DNA of 60,733 bases from an uncultured virus (IMG/VR IMGVR_UViG_3300021958_000021) (lineage: Duplodnaviria > Heunggongvirae > Uroviricota > Caudoviricetes): positions 124,001 to 184,733 of the IMG/VR virus record IMGVR_UViG_3300021958_000021. One strand, written 5' to 3'. Both the position numbers and the translations under genes were made by a program. The notes beneath the pieces were generated by a model, which did not search any database, was not told the DNA's origin, and worked only from the letters and a program-made list of their open reading frames with translations. Positions 1 to 8,919 of the stretch are shown piece after piece (within the stretch, counting starts at the first letter, position 1; each line of letters opens with the position of its first letter).

Positions 1-1
1 T

Positions 2-442
2 CTCAAAGAAACTGATAGAGAACTAATGGTAGAATTATTGAAGGTAAATAAACCAGCAGATGTCCAAATTTTAACTTGGTTGAATGAAAACATGCACCCC
101 AACAAATTAATTTTTGTTGATGGCGTGGTAAAGAGAAGATGGGGACAAGATTATTTTTATGAGATGCTAGCATATTCTCATTCCGGTAATTCTTATGGAA
201 GATTGAATATGCCCAAACGGGGAACCTATTCTAAAATTCCTTCTCTATTGAGAAGGCTAGGTATCAAGAATGCTGATTTGCGTATTTTTAAACAAATGAA
301 AAAAGACGAAGCGTTTGTCAAATATGCTAAAACAAAATTAAATAACAGCGATTGCAGGATTCTTGGTTTAGGCGAAAAGAAACGCCGTAAGAAAACAGAC
401 CCAATCGTTGTGAAACAAAATTCGCTGGAGGAATACATTTGA
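2..442 (+). CDS. 5'-truncated protein ending in a PIP box; probable RFC large-subunit-like C-terminal part
   Basis: The frame is open from position 2 (LKETDRELM...). It has a basic tail ending QNSLEEYI (PIP-box-like) and lies near the RFC small subunit gene. Confidence 0.5.
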   Translation, partial: LKETDRELMVELLKVNKPADVQILTWLNENMHPNKLIFVDGVVKRRWGQDYFYEMLAYSHSGNSYGRLNMPKRGTYSKIPSLLRRLGIKNADLRIFKQMKKDEAFVKYAKTKLNNSDCRILGLGEKKRRKKTDPIVVKQNSLEEYI

Positions 443-681
443 GAAATGTTAGAATTATTGAAAAAATAGAAGAAATTTTAAACGGGGAAACTATGACGAC
501 GGCTCGTATTTATGATAAACTTCAAGATGCAAAAGCCAAGGTTAAGGGAACAAGAGAGAAAAGATGGAAACATACGCCGTCAAAAGGGCAGGTCAAAAAT
601 ATATTGTCTTCCTATTCTCAGTTTAAAAGAGTAAATGATGGCTCTCCTGCTATTTGGACTTATGAAAATGAAGAGGAATAA
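439..681 (+). CDS. Small winged-helix-like DNA-binding protein
   Basis: 80 aa basic protein with pattern LNGETMTTARIYDKL...QVKNIL...F...W; similar to the neighbouring 684..899. Confidence 0.55.
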   Translation: MRNVRIIEKIEEILNGETMTTARIYDKLQDAKAKVKGTREKRWKHTPSKGQVKNILSSYSQFKRVNDGSPAIWTYENEEE

Positions 682-683
682 CT

Positions 684-899
684 ATGGGAATAAGATTAAA
701 AAACAAACTAAAAACTGTTTTGAACGGTAAAGAATTAACTGTTCAAGATATAATGATAGAATTGAAAAAGGAAGACAGAAGAAAATATTCCTTTACAAGT
801 AATTCTATTGCTCAGACTCTTACCAAAAAGAAAGAGTTTGTAAAATGCGGCTTTGATTCTAAGAGACAAGTTGCAATATGGACTATAAGTGGTGAATAA
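684..899 (+). CDS. Small winged-helix-like DNA-binding protein
   Basis: 71 aa with LNGKELTVQDIMIEL...NSIAQTL...F...W; appears paralogous to 439..681. Confidence 0.55.
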   Translation: MGIRLKNKLKTVLNGKELTVQDIMIELKKEDRRKYSFTSNSIAQTLTKKKEFVKCGFDSKRQVAIWTISGE

Positions 900-901
900 A
901 A

Positions 902-1816
902 ATGCTATGGACAGAAAAATACAGACCTAAACAATTGAGCCAAATTGTCGGACAAGAACACTTTACAATGGATGCAGTTAATTGGGTAGAAGAAAATAAT
1001 ATGCCTAATATTTTATTGTATGGTAATGCTGGCTTAGGTAAAACTGCGGCGGCAATCGCTTTAGCAAAATCAATGTTAGGAGAATCTTTTGAAGATAACT
1101 TCTATGAATTGAATGCTTCTGATGATAGACGATTAGAAACGGTGAGGACTACAATTAAAGAAATTGCTCAAGCAAAAACTTTGGGAGGAATGCCGTTTAG
1201 GATTCTTCTTCTTGATGAAATGGGCGGCATGACAAAGGATGCTCAAAATTCTTTGAAGCGCATTATGGAAAGATATGCAGGTAATATTAGATTTATTATT
1301 ACTTGCAACGATAGGAATAAAATTATTTTTCCTCTCCAAAGCCGGTGTGCTAATTATCGTTTCAAGCCTTTGGCTAATGAAGTCATTTTAGAAGTATTGC
1401 AATCAATCATTCAAAAAGAAGGTTTGAGAACATTTGACGATGATGAATTGTCGTCTTTTATATATGACTTAAACGGTGACTTGCGTAGGGCGATTACTGA
1501 ATTACAGGCGGCGAAAGCCTCTAACTTCACATTGTCTAAGCAAATAGAAGAATCAAATAAAGAATACATAGAAATACTAAACCACCTACAAGAACGCAAT
1601 TCCAACAAAGCCTTAACTATCCTCCATCAAATGATTTATGATGGCCGTTCAGTTAAGGAGATATGTAACGGATTGCACAATTCTTTGCTTAATATGCAAG
1701 GATTAGAAGTGGGAATCAAATTTAAATATCTTAGAGTTATAGGAGAAACAGAATGGCGTTCCCCAACAATGACACCAAGAATTATTTTATCTTGGATGGT
1801 CGGTCAATTAATTTGA
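902..1816 (+). CDS. rfcS: Replication factor C small subunit (clamp loader)
   Basis: WTEKYRP, Walker A GNAGLGKT, ELNASD, Walker B LLDE, SRC motif (LQSRC), GDLRRAI. Confidence 0.95.
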   Translation: MLWTEKYRPKQLSQIVGQEHFTMDAVNWVEENNMPNILLYGNAGLGKTAAAIALAKSMLGESFEDNFYELNASDDRRLETVRTTIKEIAQAKTLGGMPFRILLLDEMGGMTKDAQNSLKRIMERYAGNIRFIITCNDRNKIIFPLQSRCANYRFKPLANEVILEVLQSIIQKEGLRTFDDDELSSFIYDLNGDLRRAITELQAAKASNFTLSKQIEESNKEYIEILNHLQERNSNKALTILHQMIYDGRSVKEICNGLHNSLLNMQGLEVGIKFKYLRVIGETEWRSPTMTPRIILSWMVGQLI

Positions 1817-1820
1817 CGGG

Positions 1821-1848
1821 AAAAACAAAAAACAAAAAACAAAAAAAA
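1821..1848 (+). repeat. A-rich short tandem repeat (AAAAAAC-like x3 plus A-run) in the leader of the SSB/RPA-like gene
   Basis: aaaaacaaaaaacaaaaaacaaaaaaaa read directly. Confidence 0.8.
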
Positions 1849-1861
1849 GGAAGTGTAATAC

Positions 1862-3070
1862 ATGGACGAAAAAATTAAGAACGAAATTGAAAAGAGTTTG
1901 CAATACTTGGGAATTGCTTTTGATGATGCTTATCAAAAGTTTTTGAGTATTTGTGAAGAAAACAATGTGGAAGAAACTGACCCATCAGCAATCGGTTGTT
2001 GGAGAAGTTATGTTTCACAAGGAATTAGAGCCAATAAGCGAGGTGGCGAAAGCAAGAGCAATAATCTGACAAAACAATGTTTTGGTGCTTTTATTGCTCT
2101 TGAAGCCCCAAGAGATACGATGGCTTGGAACAGAACGAAAGCAAAAGAGGAATATATTCGTGATGCGGATAAAGCCCTTGAAGAAGGAATTGTAGCCTTG
2201 GCGACTCAAAACGCTTTGGGTAAGTGGACAGTTTCTCGCTATTTCAAGGGAGATTATCAAGAAAAGGTTGTTTCCGAATTGCCCGAAGGTGCTGAAGAAG
2301 TGGAAGATGCGATGATTATTCCTCTTGACACGACTGAACGCTATATGAATGGTGGTGAAAATCGTAACTTTGGAAAGCCTTTGCCCGCTCAACAAATGCG
2401 CCGTAGTGGTATTTTCTATGGTTCAGTTGAAGGCGAAGACTTTTATGTTTATCAGTTTTCTTATAAAAATCAAGGAGGCGTAGATTTTCAACCAAATACT
2501 TTTGATTGGGTGCATTTTACTGCTATTCCTAGTGAAGACGGCAATAACATTTACGGTATGACAGATGTTACCTTGAAGACATTAATTGCAAATGACGATT
2601 TAGACCCTGAAAATTCGGCCTATCGTAACATGGGCCATTTTAATTTTCAAGACCTCTTGGTTGAGTCATTCAACGAAAATGTTTGTGCCTTGGTTGATAT
2701 TGACCGAAAGCATATCCAAATGCAAACTTTGCCTTCAAGCCAAAGATTTGTTGTAACTGATGGAACGGTCTGCAATATGAATATGACTCCGACTTCAAAC
2801 GGAAACCGTATTCTTAATATTACTGACCTCAATGCGGAGTTTGATTATGAAAACGAAGCAGGTATGGTTACATGTTGGATTCCCGAACATTTGAATATTG
2901 ACTTTGGAATTGGTTCAAACATTATTGTGATTGGTCGCACATCTCAAAGAATTGTTGATGGTGAAGCAGACCCCGTTACAATCAATGTTTCTTCAATTCT
3001 AGTTACAGAGAAGAAGGGTTCTCCTATTGAGTCGGCTCAACCTGTGGAGGAAAACTACGATTGGTTCTGA
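1862..3070 (+). CDS. RPA/SSB-like OB-fold ssDNA-binding protein
   Basis: C-terminal OB-fold-like segment (ILNITD...VTCW...GSNIIVIGR), acidic-aromatic tail (EENYDWF), replication-module context. Confidence 0.6.
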   Translation: MDEKIKNEIEKSLQYLGIAFDDAYQKFLSICEENNVEETDPSAIGCWRSYVSQGIRANKRGGESKSNNLTKQCFGAFIALEAPRDTMAWNRTKAKEEYIRDADKALEEGIVALATQNALGKWTVSRYFKGDYQEKVVSELPEGAEEVEDAMIIPLDTTERYMNGGENRNFGKPLPAQQMRRSGIFYGSVEGEDFYVYQFSYKNQGGVDFQPNTFDWVHFTAIPSEDGNNIYGMTDVTLKTLIANDDLDPENSAYRNMGHFNFQDLLVESFNENVCALVDIDRKHIQMQTLPSSQRFVVTDGTVCNMNMTPTSNGNRILNITDLNAEFDYENEAGMVTCWIPEHLNIDFGIGSNIIVIGRTSQRIVDGEADPVTINVSSILVTEKKGSPIESAQPVEENYDWF

Positions 3071-3140
3071 TTTGATTACCTTTCGGGGTTAGTGTAGGCG
3101 TTGGCGAAATGACGCTCGGTAAAGGTGCGAAGCCTATACA
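3071..3140 (+). other. Relatively GC-rich intergenic segment with predicted stem-loops (candidate structured RNA/regulatory element)
   Basis: Pairings GTGTAGGC/GCCTATAC, GCGTT/GACGC and AGG-TGCGAAG-CCT seen by eye. Confidence 0.4.
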
Positions 3141-3149
3141 GGTGATATT

Positions 3150-3596
3150 ATGATAATTAAAGATAAATTTATTGAAACAAGAAGAGCATTTGCTCCTTTG
3201 AACGGTATATCTCATATCTCTTGGTCGCATCATCAAGACGGAGAATATGATGTTAAATTACATTTAGGAAATGACCGAATCATTCAAAGGATGAACAAAG
3301 AAGAATTAGACGAATTAATTCTAGAATTTAAGTCTGTGGATAGAAGTAACATTAATCCCGATAGGCCAATTCTACAAGATTCTATCGGAAAACTATACAT
3401 GGAGAATGGTTTTTTAGAACATTCTCGTAAATGGTCTGTGGACTTAACAGAAGTAGAATTTATTTCGTATAAACAGAATGAAGAAAATTTTACATATTTT
3501 GTTAAACTTCACATTATGACTAAGGAAGTGCGTATTTATTTAGATACGATAGAAGAAGTTGAGCAATTAATTCAAATTTGGAAACAATATAGGTGA
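3150..3596 (+). CDS. Hypothetical protein made of two tandem similar domains
   Basis: Halves align: F(I/L)E..R...I.(H/F)IS(W/Y)...Y.VKLH...EE(L/V)..LI; GGTGA RBS upstream. Confidence 0.7.
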   Translation: MIIKDKFIETRRAFAPLNGISHISWSHHQDGEYDVKLHLGNDRIIQRMNKEELDELILEFKSVDRSNINPDRPILQDSIGKLYMENGFLEHSRKWSVDLTEVEFISYKQNEENFTYFVKLHIMTKEVRIYLDTIEEVEQLIQIWKQYR

Positions 3597-4411
3597 TAAA
3601 AATGGGACTAGCAGATAAAAAAGGAAATGCAAATACAATGGACTTTGGGGCAAAACAAGAAGAATTTAATAATCGCTTTCGGGCGTTGATGGAAGAGAAA
3701 AGAAAGAACCGTAAATCTCGTCTTGTTCTTGGTCTTTGGGGAGAACCGAAAACTGGAAAGACGGGGATTGCTCTTGATTTTCCCGACAGAAAGATTTATG
3801 TTCTTGATTGGGATAGCGGCGTGGAATCTACATGGATTGAATGTCATGATGCAACAGAGCGAATTGAAGTTTTTGACCCCATCGTTCAAGATAAAGATAA
3901 CAAAATTGATATTACTGTTTCGGAAAACAATTCACATGATTTTATCCGGTATGTTCGTGGTAAAATTGAAGAGGGAGAAAATCCTATCTTTGTCATGGAT
4001 GGAGTAGATACATGGTTTGATAAGTGCATTTATAAGGTTAATCCTAATCCAACGACAGTAACGAAAATGATGCCCTTTCAGTATGGTGCTAGGAATAAAA
4101 CCTTTTATCATTTGCTTGAGGCAATTTTTCAATTGAAGTGCGATGTTATCTATATTACTCACGAAACTGAAAAATATGTAGATAATACTCCTGCTGGTAT
4201 TCAGCCAGCATGGAAAGATTGGGGCGGTAAATTGGAACAAGAGATTTATTGTTCTAAAAAGAAAATCAAGGGCGAGATTCATTTTATTGCTGAATTGATT
4301 GGTTCAAGGACTCACGGAAATAAAGTCGGAACTCGCTGGACTGTTCGTGAAGGAACGCCACCTAATATCGTTTGGAACGGTATTCCCGATTTGCAGGAGG
4401 GTAAGATTTGA
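3593..4411 (+). CDS. RecA-fold P-loop ATPase (AAA_24/Sak4-like recombination protein)
   Basis: Walker A GEPKTGKT, Walker B FVMDG, YITHE motif; next to the SSB-like gene. Confidence 0.75.
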   Translation: MIKMGLADKKGNANTMDFGAKQEEFNNRFRALMEEKRKNRKSRLVLGLWGEPKTGKTGIALDFPDRKIYVLDWDSGVESTWIECHDATERIEVFDPIVQDKDNKIDITVSENNSHDFIRYVRGKIEEGENPIFVMDGVDTWFDKCIYKVNPNPTTVTKMMPFQYGARNKTFYHLLEAIFQLKCDVIYITHETEKYVDNTPAGIQPAWKDWGGKLEQEIYCSKKKIKGEIHFIAELIGSRTHGNKVGTRWTVREGTPPNIVWNGIPDLQEGKI

Positions 4412-5148
4412 CTGTTAAATATAAATTAGTGGAAATTAAACCTACCGATAAGGTTTCTTTTCTAAAAGGAAATAGAGAAGTAAATGAAAAAATGGTAGGA
4501 AAAATTATGAAGAGCATGGCCGAATACGGCATTCTAACTTGTATTACCGCAACAAAATATAATGGGAGATATTTCATTATTGACGGCCAGCACCGCTTTA
4601 GTGCGGCTAAAAAATTAGGGGCGAGTATTCCTGCTATTATTATCCCAAGACAAGCAATCAATGTTATTGTTGATTTAAATACAATCCAAAAGAATTGGGG
4701 ATTGGATGATTATGCTGACTTTTTTGCTTCAAATGACGATAAAGACTTAGCCCTACCCTACGCCACGCTTAAGCAAATTAGAGAACAAACTGGATTAAAC
4801 TATACTGCGTTAGTCAAAATATACAGCACAGTAAGCATGGCTAAGTTTAAGCGAGGAGAATTAGTTCTTGATAGTTTTGATTTTGCAGAAAGATTTATGG
4901 GTTATCTTATGGATATTTCGGATTATGTTCCGTTCTTTAATAATGCTAGATTCATTCTTGGATATATTCATATTGCGAAGCATGAGCAATATAGCCACGA
5001 AAGAATGATGGCGAAGTTGAAGTTGAACGATAAGAAGAAAAAATATCTTTTGGACGGAGAATCAAAACCGACTTCTTATGGTCGCCTAATGCAAGACATC
5101 TATAATATGCATCAAAAGAACGATTTGGTTATGTTTAGGAAGTGGTGA
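4408..5148 (+). CDS. ParB/Srx-like N-terminal domain protein
   Basis: GNR...YFIIDGQHRFSAAKKLG motif; TTG start overlapping the previous stop. Confidence 0.7.
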   Translation: MTVKYKLVEIKPTDKVSFLKGNREVNEKMVGKIMKSMAEYGILTCITATKYNGRYFIIDGQHRFSAAKKLGASIPAIIIPRQAINVIVDLNTIQKNWGLDDYADFFASNDDKDLALPYATLKQIREQTGLNYTALVKIYSTVSMAKFKRGELVLDSFDFAERFMGYLMDISDYVPFFNNARFILGYIHIAKHEQYSHERMMAKLKLNDKKKKYLLDGESKPTSYGRLMQDIYNMHQKNDLVMFRKW

Positions 5149-5149
5149 A

Positions 5150-5917
5150 ATGAAATTTACAACAGAACACCCAAATTTAATTTTTGACGCTATTAAAAAA
5201 ATGGAAGTCAAAGGAAAATATTTGAAAGAAGGAGGACTCCTATCTGGAAAACTAAAGGACTATTTCTATTGTAGTCTTAAAGGAAACTTGCTTTCTTTTT
5301 GGAATGGAAATACCACATTCGTAGTTAATTATGATGTGCAAGTTACAGGAGAAGAAGACGGTGAATTTTTTGGTAGTGTATCTAAAATACTAGATTATAT
5401 GAAAAAGTTTGAAGGTGAAACACATTTTCATGTAGGAGACTTTATTTCTATCAAGGATTCTAGAAAAGTTGCGTCTTTACCAAAAGTTGTTAATCATCCG
5501 GATTGGGCTTCTATTGAAAGAACAAAAGGAATGCTTGCTCATATTTCATATGAAGCAGAATTACAAAACAAGTTTTCTTTTGGGAGCAAAGAATTTGAAG
5601 GAGTATTTCAGACCTTTGGAAAAGACTTCAATGAAAGCATTTCATTTCTTGAATTATGTAGGAGCGGAGTCTATCGTTTAGATTTTGATGGAGAAGGTTG
5701 CACCTTTGGTTCTTCTTCTGGAATCCAAAATTCAACTTGTAATCTTGAAATAATTCAGGCAATTGGCGAAGCCGCCACGCTAGAATACACTAGCCCTTTA
5801 CATTCCTTCTTTGATAAGAACGAATTAATTAACTTTTATGTGCGGGATGATTTCCCAATCTTAATTGTTTCCCACAATAAAAAAGTATTGAAAGCCCCAT
5901 ATACGGCAGGTAATTAA
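5150..5917 (+). CDS. Probable DNA sliding clamp (PCNA-like)
   Basis: 255 aa beta-rich protein ending DFPILI...VLKAP, directly upstream of polB. RFC and PIP-box proteins are in the same module. Fold is inferred. Confidence 0.6.
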   Translation: MKFTTEHPNLIFDAIKKMEVKGKYLKEGGLLSGKLKDYFYCSLKGNLLSFWNGNTTFVVNYDVQVTGEEDGEFFGSVSKILDYMKKFEGETHFHVGDFISIKDSRKVASLPKVVNHPDWASIERTKGMLAHISYEAELQNKFSFGSKEFEGVFQTFGKDFNESISFLELCRSGVYRLDFDGEGCTFGSSSGIQNSTCNLEIIQAIGEAATLEYTSPLHSFFDKNELINFYVRDDFPILIVSHNKKVLKAPYTAGN

Positions 5918-5918
5918 A

Positions 5919-7541
5919 ATGATAATTAGTAGATGTTTAGACAACCAAACCATTTATACTTCTTGGAGAGAAAACGGAGAAAAGAAAATCGCAGTTGAAT
6001 TATTTCAACCGTATTTTTATATTCCGGAAAATGCACCAGAACCTTCTTCCTATAAAATTGGAAGAGCGGCCACCCGCCCCTTTTCTTATGAAAGGGGAGA
6101 CTGGGTAAATCTCAATAAAGAAAAACTTAAGCGAGTTTATGTTGAACAATCAACAGATATTTATGCCGCTAAGAAAATGTGGCCTAAAACATACGAAGCA
6201 GATGTTCCTTATCATTTCCGATATGCAGTTGATAAAATCAATGAAATGCCCGAATACGATATGAGAAAGTGGTATTGGGATATGGAATGGCAACAAGGTG
6301 GAGAACACCACGATAAAATTACTACTATTGTAATGTATGATAATTATGATAAAGAATACTATCAATGGGCTTGGTTTCCTAATTATGAAGGAGAAGAATA
6401 TTTGTTCTTTGATAATGAAAAAGAAATGATTGAATCCTTTATTCGGGTTATGGTGGAAAAAGACCCCGATATGTTAATTGCTTGGTTTGGTAACTTTGCA
6501 GATATTCCCGTTTTGCTCAAGCGATGTTGTGCGTTGGGAATTAACCCTTTGCAATTGTCACCTATCGGGCGAGTAGAGGGCATTAAAAAGACCTCTACGG
6601 GCTTTGAATACACTAAGGGGAATGAAGGGTTCTCATCTATTCAACAACCCATAGGGGGGCGCATAACCCTCAATTTAGACCATGCTTTTGAAAGACAATG
6701 GAATGATTCACAACGAGGAAGTTTGCCTTCTTTGGCTTTAGATTATGTTGCGTCTTTGTTGTTTGAAGAAGGAAAACACCATGAATCTAAATTCACCGAC
6801 CCTAACGAATTTTATCGTAGGGCATGGTTGGAAGATACAAAGAATTATCTTGACTACGCATTAAAAGATGTGGAACTTTTGGTTAGAATTGATGAAAGTA
6901 ACTTTTGTAGTGAAGCAATTATTTCACTTCAGCGATTACTAAAAGCCCCATTTGATGCCTGTTTCTTTGCTTCTCATATGGGTTCAATTTATTTTATGAG
7001 AAACGCTTGGTGGAAAGCACCAACAGGAAAGAAAGTTGAAAAAAGACAAGAATATGAAGGTGCTATGATTTACGACCCACTAAGCGAAGGAACCAATGGT
7101 TTGCACCTTAATGTAGCCGCTTTTGATTTTGCTGGTCTATATCCTTCAATGATGATTGCACGAAACATTTCATGGGAAACTAAATCTGAAGAACCTACTG
7201 AGTTTGCAGTAAATATTCTAACACCTAGAGATTTCAGCGAAGTTAAGCACGAAAAAATGCTTTACTACAAAACTGATAAATTGGGTCTTTTACCAAAAGC
7301 GGTTCTTGAGTTAAAAGAATTGAGAAACGAATACAAAGCCAAAATGAAAGGGGCAGAAACTTCTTTAGAATATCAAAAGTGGTATAACAATCAAATGGCG
7401 GTTAAGCGTTTAATGGCTTCTTTTTACGGTATCGTTGCCTTTCAAGGGTTTGGTTGGGCTGATGTTCCTTTAGCCGCTTCAATTACTGCAAGTGCTAGAG
7501 AAGCGATTAGAGCCGCCGCATTTAAGGCTAAGGAGATTTAG
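5919..7541 (+). CDS. polB: Family B DNA polymerase, N-terminal part (3'-5' exonuclease plus motifs A and B)
   Basis: ExoI WDME, ExoII AWFGNFAD, ExoIII YALKD, YEGAMI, motif A DFAGLYPS, motif B KRLMASFYG; ends before motif C. Confidence 0.92.
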   Translation: MIISRCLDNQTIYTSWRENGEKKIAVELFQPYFYIPENAPEPSSYKIGRAATRPFSYERGDWVNLNKEKLKRVYVEQSTDIYAAKKMWPKTYEADVPYHFRYAVDKINEMPEYDMRKWYWDMEWQQGGEHHDKITTIVMYDNYDKEYYQWAWFPNYEGEEYLFFDNEKEMIESFIRVMVEKDPDMLIAWFGNFADIPVLLKRCCALGINPLQLSPIGRVEGIKKTSTGFEYTKGNEGFSSIQQPIGGRITLNLDHAFERQWNDSQRGSLPSLALDYVASLLFEEGKHHESKFTDPNEFYRRAWLEDTKNYLDYALKDVELLVRIDESNFCSEAIISLQRLLKAPFDACFFASHMGSIYFMRNAWWKAPTGKKVEKRQEYEGAMIYDPLSEGTNGLHLNVAAFDFAGLYPSMMIARNISWETKSEEPTEFAVNILTPRDFSEVKHEKMLYYKTDKLGLLPKAVLELKELRNEYKAKMKGAETSLEYQKWYNNQMAVKRLMASFYGIVAFQGFGWADVPLAASITASAREAIRAAAFKAKEI

Positions 7542-7543
7542 AA

Positions 7544-7771
7544 ATGAATAGTTTTTGTAAAAAATGGATATTGGAGACTATTCCAGAAATGGGTGAATTT
7601 TTTAGTGCTAGAGAAATCCAAGACCGATTACATGCTAAGAAAACCAAAACTAATTACATAGAGAATGCCAGTTCAATCGGGGCGTTCCTATCAAAACAAA
7701 AGCACTTGACTACGATTGAAAACACAGATGGAAAAAGAATATATAAAAGGAGGAAATATTATGACAGATGA
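7544..7771 (+). CDS. Small winged-helix-like protein between the polB halves
   Basis: FSAREIQDRL...SSIGAFL...KRIYK pattern; resembles 439..681 and 684..899. Confidence 0.55.
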   Translation: MNSFCKKWILETIPEMGEFFSAREIQDRLHAKKTKTNYIENASSIGAFLSKQKHLTTIENTDGKRIYKRRKYYDR

Positions 7772-7955
7772 TAAAGTTTATTTTGAAACATTGAAAGAAA
7801 TAAAAGACATGAAAGAATATGTAAAGGGGGAGATTGATTCCCTGTTTGTGGAGTTACAAAAACTTCGTAATATGAAAGGAGCAATTGCAGAACTACAAGA
7901 AGAAGTGGCGAAACTTGCGGGTGAACCTGTCGGTATGCTTTTTACTAAATATTAG
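7761..7955 (+). CDS. Small coiled-coil protein between the polB halves
   Basis: AGGAGG RBS before ATG at 7761; heptad-like E/K/L pattern. Confidence 0.65.
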   Translation: MTDDKVYFETLKEIKDMKEYVKGEIDSLFVELQKLRNMKGAIAELQEEVAKLAGEPVGMLFTKY

Positions 7956-7965
7956 GTGTGATTAA

Positions 7966-8919
7966 ATGAAAGTAGTTTATGGACATACTGATTCTATTTA
8001 TGTTCAAATAGATTCGGTAGATGAAGCAAAAGAAAAGATTAAGGTGATAGAAGATGAAGTCAGAAAAAGTTTCCCGAATGTTCTCGGACTTGAACAACAT
8101 CCCGTCGTTTTGGAATTTGAAAAATTCTATTCGGCTCTGGGTGTCGGCACTACGAAAAACAGAAACGCAGGATTAATTACTTGGGATGATGGAAAACATC
8201 TTGATACTCCAAAATTCACAATGACTGGCTTTACTGCTAAAAGGGTAAGTGAAACAAAGTTGGCGAAAGAAACCCAAGCAAATGTGTTAAGAATGTGGGT
8301 AGAAAACAAGGATGAGACAGAAATCATTCAGTATCTACACACTATGTATTCTAATGTTTTGGCTGGTAATGTTGAATTAAGTTCAATCGCAAAGAAAAGC
8401 AGACTTAAGAAAGAGCGATTTAAGGTTCGTTGTCCAAATTGCAAAAAACAATTTGACATGAGAGAAGAGTTACCTGTTGAGTCACATATTAGGCGAATTG
8501 AAAACGGCATTCCCGAATTTTGCGATACTCATAAAAAATATTTTGTTGGACAAGAAGCAACAAAATTTGACAAGAAAAAACAAAAGAAGGTAAAATATAA
8601 CAAGAAAGTTTCTGTTGCTTCCGGCGTAGCGGGAATTTTGTTTGCATTACAGAACAGAAACTTGAAGTTTGACGATTCCTATGTGTTTATTAGAACATCA
8701 GATGATTTGACTTTTACCCACCCGTTGACAGATGAGGCGAAATCAGCCGACTACATTTCCGGCGTAACCTTACAGGATTTGACTCCTTATACGCCCGACT
8801 ATCAATATTATGCAGAACAGGTTAAGAAGAAGGCCGAACCCGTCTTTAATGCTATGGGATGGGACTTAACCGCTATTAAAACAGGCCGAATACAGAAAAC
8901 ATTGGAGGAATGGTTTTGA
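7966..8919 (+). CDS. polB: Family B DNA polymerase, C-terminal part (motif C, thumb, PIP box)
   Basis: Starts MKVVYGHTDSIYV (motif C), has LEFEK and KNRNAG, ends QKTLEEWF (PIP box); own GGTG RBS. Confidence 0.9.
   Translation: MKVVYGHTDSIYVQIDSVDEAKEKIKVIEDEVRKSFPNVLGLEQHPVVLEFEKFYSALGVGTTKNRNAGLITWDDGKHLDTPKFTMTGFTAKRVSETKLAKETQANVLRMWVENKDETEIIQYLHTMYSNVLAGNVELSSIAKKSRLKKERFKVRCPNCKKQFDMREELPVESHIRRIENGIPEFCDTHKKYFVGQEATKFDKKKQKKVKYNKKVSVASGVAGILFALQNRNLKFDDSYVFIRTSDDLTFTHPLTDEAKSADYISGVTLQDLTPYTPDYQYYAEQVKKKAEPVFNAMGWDLTAIKTGRIQKTLEEWF

Noticed and set aside
3071..3140. tRNA gene
   Set aside because: Only a T-arm-like loop is present; I could not build an acceptor stem or anticodon arm.
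4408..5148. Plasmid-type ParABS partition system or Dnd phosphorothioation gene
   Set aside because: Only an isolated ParB-like domain is present. The neighbouring ATPase lacks the deviant ParA Walker A, and no parS repeats or dnd genes were seen.
7542..7965. Intein or self-splicing intron interrupting polB
   Set aside because: There is no Cys/Ser-start or His-Asn-end intein motif and no endonuclease. The gap is filled by two ORFs, and the C-part has its own RBS and ATG.
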